NCBI GenBank assembly: GCA_001724265.1
Contig: MEDY01000032.1
Coordinates: 62,001-122,500 of the forward strand
Direction: 5' to 3'
DNA: 60,500 bases
Origin: Rhizaria sp. SCN 62-66
Lineage: Eukaryota
Under the pieces are notes generated by a model that was not told where the DNA came from, searched no databases, and saw only the letters and a list, made by a program, of their open reading frames with translations. Below, one piece after another: positions 57,992 to 60,500 of this stretch (within the stretch, counting starts at the first letter, position 1; each line of letters opens with the position of its first letter). The position numbers and the translations under genes are program-made.

Positions 57992-58671
57992 CGCGGACCG
58001 TTATCGTCCGCAGGGCAAACGGTCTCCCCTTTCGACTTGCTTAAATGGGTTTAACAAGGCTAAGTAAATGTGTAATAACAGCTAGAAGTGCTAGATATCA
58101 GAATATATTTCGGGCTCGTTGGGAGTTTCAATTGACGGATACTGTGAAGAGCTGCAACGATAAACAAGGTTTTACTTGTCGACATCCTCGACCTCTTGGA
58201 AAGTACAAACTTAATTTTTACTTCCCCTCAATACAGTCTTCGATATACAGCATAGTTGAACATATTTCTTGATCTACAAGCACATGAACGTCATATATCC
58301 CCTTGAATTCTAAGTCTAGATTGTTAGATCTAATCTCCCTATCTTGGAAAGCACAAACTTAAGAATGCCAGTTTTGAAGATTTAATTAAGCCGTCCCTCG
58401 TCCGAAAGCCGACACAGCTGAGTTACCAATTTAACACCTGTTCAACGCCTAACGAAGAATTAATACTTTTGATTGCGCAATTGTGCCTGTTCAATGTTTA
58501 GCAATTTGTGTACACGCTTCATTTGGGATTTGGTGTAGCTGTAATTCCGTAATTCTATGGCTCTTGTTCCCGCCCCCCCACCGCTCACCGCCTCCTCTTC
58601 TCCCAGCTCAATTCTTTTTTCCTGGTGTGCTTTTTGGACCAACTTGCTCTATATCCAGCCATACTGGCGAT

Positions 58672-60500
58672 ATGTCGCTGCACAGCAACGCCATAACAAG
58701 CGGACAGCAGTCCGCCAATCAAGAGGACAAGGATCCGTCGTCTGAGGTATGAATGCTCAACCATCGCGTCATCGACCGGGATTGATGTCTGTCTTTCTTC
58801 TGACTTCGCGTAATCGGACAAACAAGCTCCATGTATTGACGTCAGCTCCACTAGTTCCCTATTTTTCCTTGTAGCGGATCCATATTCGCTCTATTCCATG
58901 TTCATTCACATTTGCTCGGCTCCGGCTCACACCGCCATCTTTGTGTCGCTCGCTCTCTTTTAGGTCTCGGTTTTTCCTGATTGCTCACACTCTCTCTCCA
59001 TGCCTGATGGCGTAGAGACATCCGTCGTTGGCACTGTCTCAGACGCCAACATCAAGCCCTCACTTTCGCATGCTGTCGGTGCATCGCAACTTTGGCCACT
59101 GTCTCAGTTCACCCCTGCCATTCCTGAGCGAGTTGAGTACCAAGGTCGTGAAGCCGTTGACCTAAACTATGACTAGGACGATGCTGAGATGTCCTTCAAC
59201 CCTCTGCATCTGCGGTTTGCTATGAAACAAGTGTCTTTTGTTTCTCTTGTCTTATAGCAAAAGTTGGTTGCAGCAGAGTCTGTTGGAGTTGAGGATGGTT
59301 TGACACCCGAACATTCTAGTGCTTTTGCCGAGCTCTGCCTCGCACGGGCTCAATTAACGGTAGCTGAAACGGAGGTCAAGATCCACGAGGCGAAGCGGAA
59401 GTATACTACTATTATGGCTAGCGGCACTGGTTCTCAAATGGATCTCACAGTCGCGAAGAACAAGATCGTGAGGTTGAAGACTGCTCTCGAGCAGGCAAAA
59501 ACTGCGCTCGCTAAAATCGAGACTCCAGGCGCCAGCACGACGAAAAATGAAGATCGTAACGCTAGGCTGCGTCATTACTTGCCACTTTACGTGTCTCATT
59601 GGAACTCCCTGAAACGTATGGCGACTAGCAATAATAACGATAGTCATGACAACTATAATGGTGGTTTTTCATGGGCAAAGACGCAGACAAAGACGCAGAC
59701 TGGAATACTCTTGTTGTCCGCAAGTCATATCTCGATCTTCTTGACGACGTGATGCTCCGGTTTTCAACGAATATGACATTGGCTGCTCGTGCGAAGGAAG
59801 TTTCTCCTGAGTGGCCAAAAGCCGGTCGCACTCGAGGTCGTGCAATTGTCATGGTAGGTCCTGCTGGCACAGGAAAGACGACTATGCTTAACTACCTTGC
59901 ACAACAAGCTGCGAAGCTTCCGAATGTAACTGTGATTTGTCACTGGGGTGAGGACGCCATGGCTCTTGTGCTGCCGTCTCAAGGCAACGCTTACCTTGTT
60001 GACGTGGGGTCTCTTGAGTTCACGACTCTCCTTCAAGACTTCAAGACCCTGCATCTCTACGATCCTATTGAGAAAGGCGACCAGAACACTCACTACCACA
60101 AGGACAACGCGGCTTTTTTTGTCATGGCTGCAAGTCCTGATGTCACCAACTACAAAGATGTTTCGAAGGGCGGCAAAAACATTGCTTGCGAGTTTCGCTA
60201 CGTCGGCCAATGGAATTACAACGAGGTTCTTGAGGCCCTGCCGATCATGATTCAAGATGTCCAGTACAAGCTAGATGACTTTATCCCGAGTGACCACGTA
60301 GCCTTTCATGATGCTGTGGAAGAGTATTATCAGAAAGTTGGTGGCAGTTTACGAATGCTGTTGTGGAAGTTGTTTGATAACAATGATGCATATAAGAAAA
60401 ACTGCACCACACTTAACGATATCGGATATGAAAAATATTTTAACGCTGAAATCATGCTTGACGTTGTCCGCAACATGCCTGATTCGGTATTCCAATCTTT
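58672..60500 (+). pseudogene. Crinkler/RHS (CR)-type P-loop NTPase effector-like gene, apparently disrupted (two in-frame TAGs and a frameshift near 59665); 3' end beyond the window
   Basis: The frame open from 59659 to the window end encodes FFMG...TLVVRKSYLDLLDDV...AIVMVGPAGTGKTTMLNYL (Walker A 59857-59880)...LHLYDP...FVMAASPDVTNYKDVSK...YVGQWNYNEV...YYQKVGGSLRMLL. This motif order is typical of CR-NTPases. Upstream are a coiled-coil ORF 59264.. and a putative exon 58672-58746. GC content is visibly lower than in neighbouring genes. Pseudogene versus assembly error cannot be resolved here. Confidence 0.7.

Overview
This is gene-dense nuclear DNA from a eukaryote, most likely a flagellated or amoeboid protist; the lineage cannot be determined from this window. 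Exons are very GC-rich, while introns (about 95-250 nt, donors mostly GTACGT) and intergenic spacers are AT-rich. I reconstructed about 16 genes by hand: an AT-hook/SANT/chromo-like chromatin protein (truncated at the left edge), a 3.5-kaa STE20/PAK-type kinase, an INPP5E-like phosphatase, an orphan, two paralogous Cys-module surface proteins, ACAD8, a secreted lipase with an acidic (EA)n N-terminus, ARPC2, an AT-hook protein, a TTLL polyglutamylase, an STN1-like OB-fold protein, a PDP-type PP2C, a COQ10 fusion, a coiled-coil protein, and a lower-GC, disrupted Crinkler/RHS-type NTPase (truncated at the right edge). Four things stand out. (1) None of the 14 complete genes ends in TAG, yet in-frame TAGs interrupt otherwise open coding-like frames, so UAG may be reassigned or read through, although it would be a very rare codon. 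(2) Conserved domains are split by unspliced low-complexity inserts of about 100-660 aa. (3) There is a CR-type effector locus that the ORF track does not show. (4) A surface-protein pair carries an ETDxDCGG cysteine module. All identifications come from motif recognition by eye; no database searches were run.
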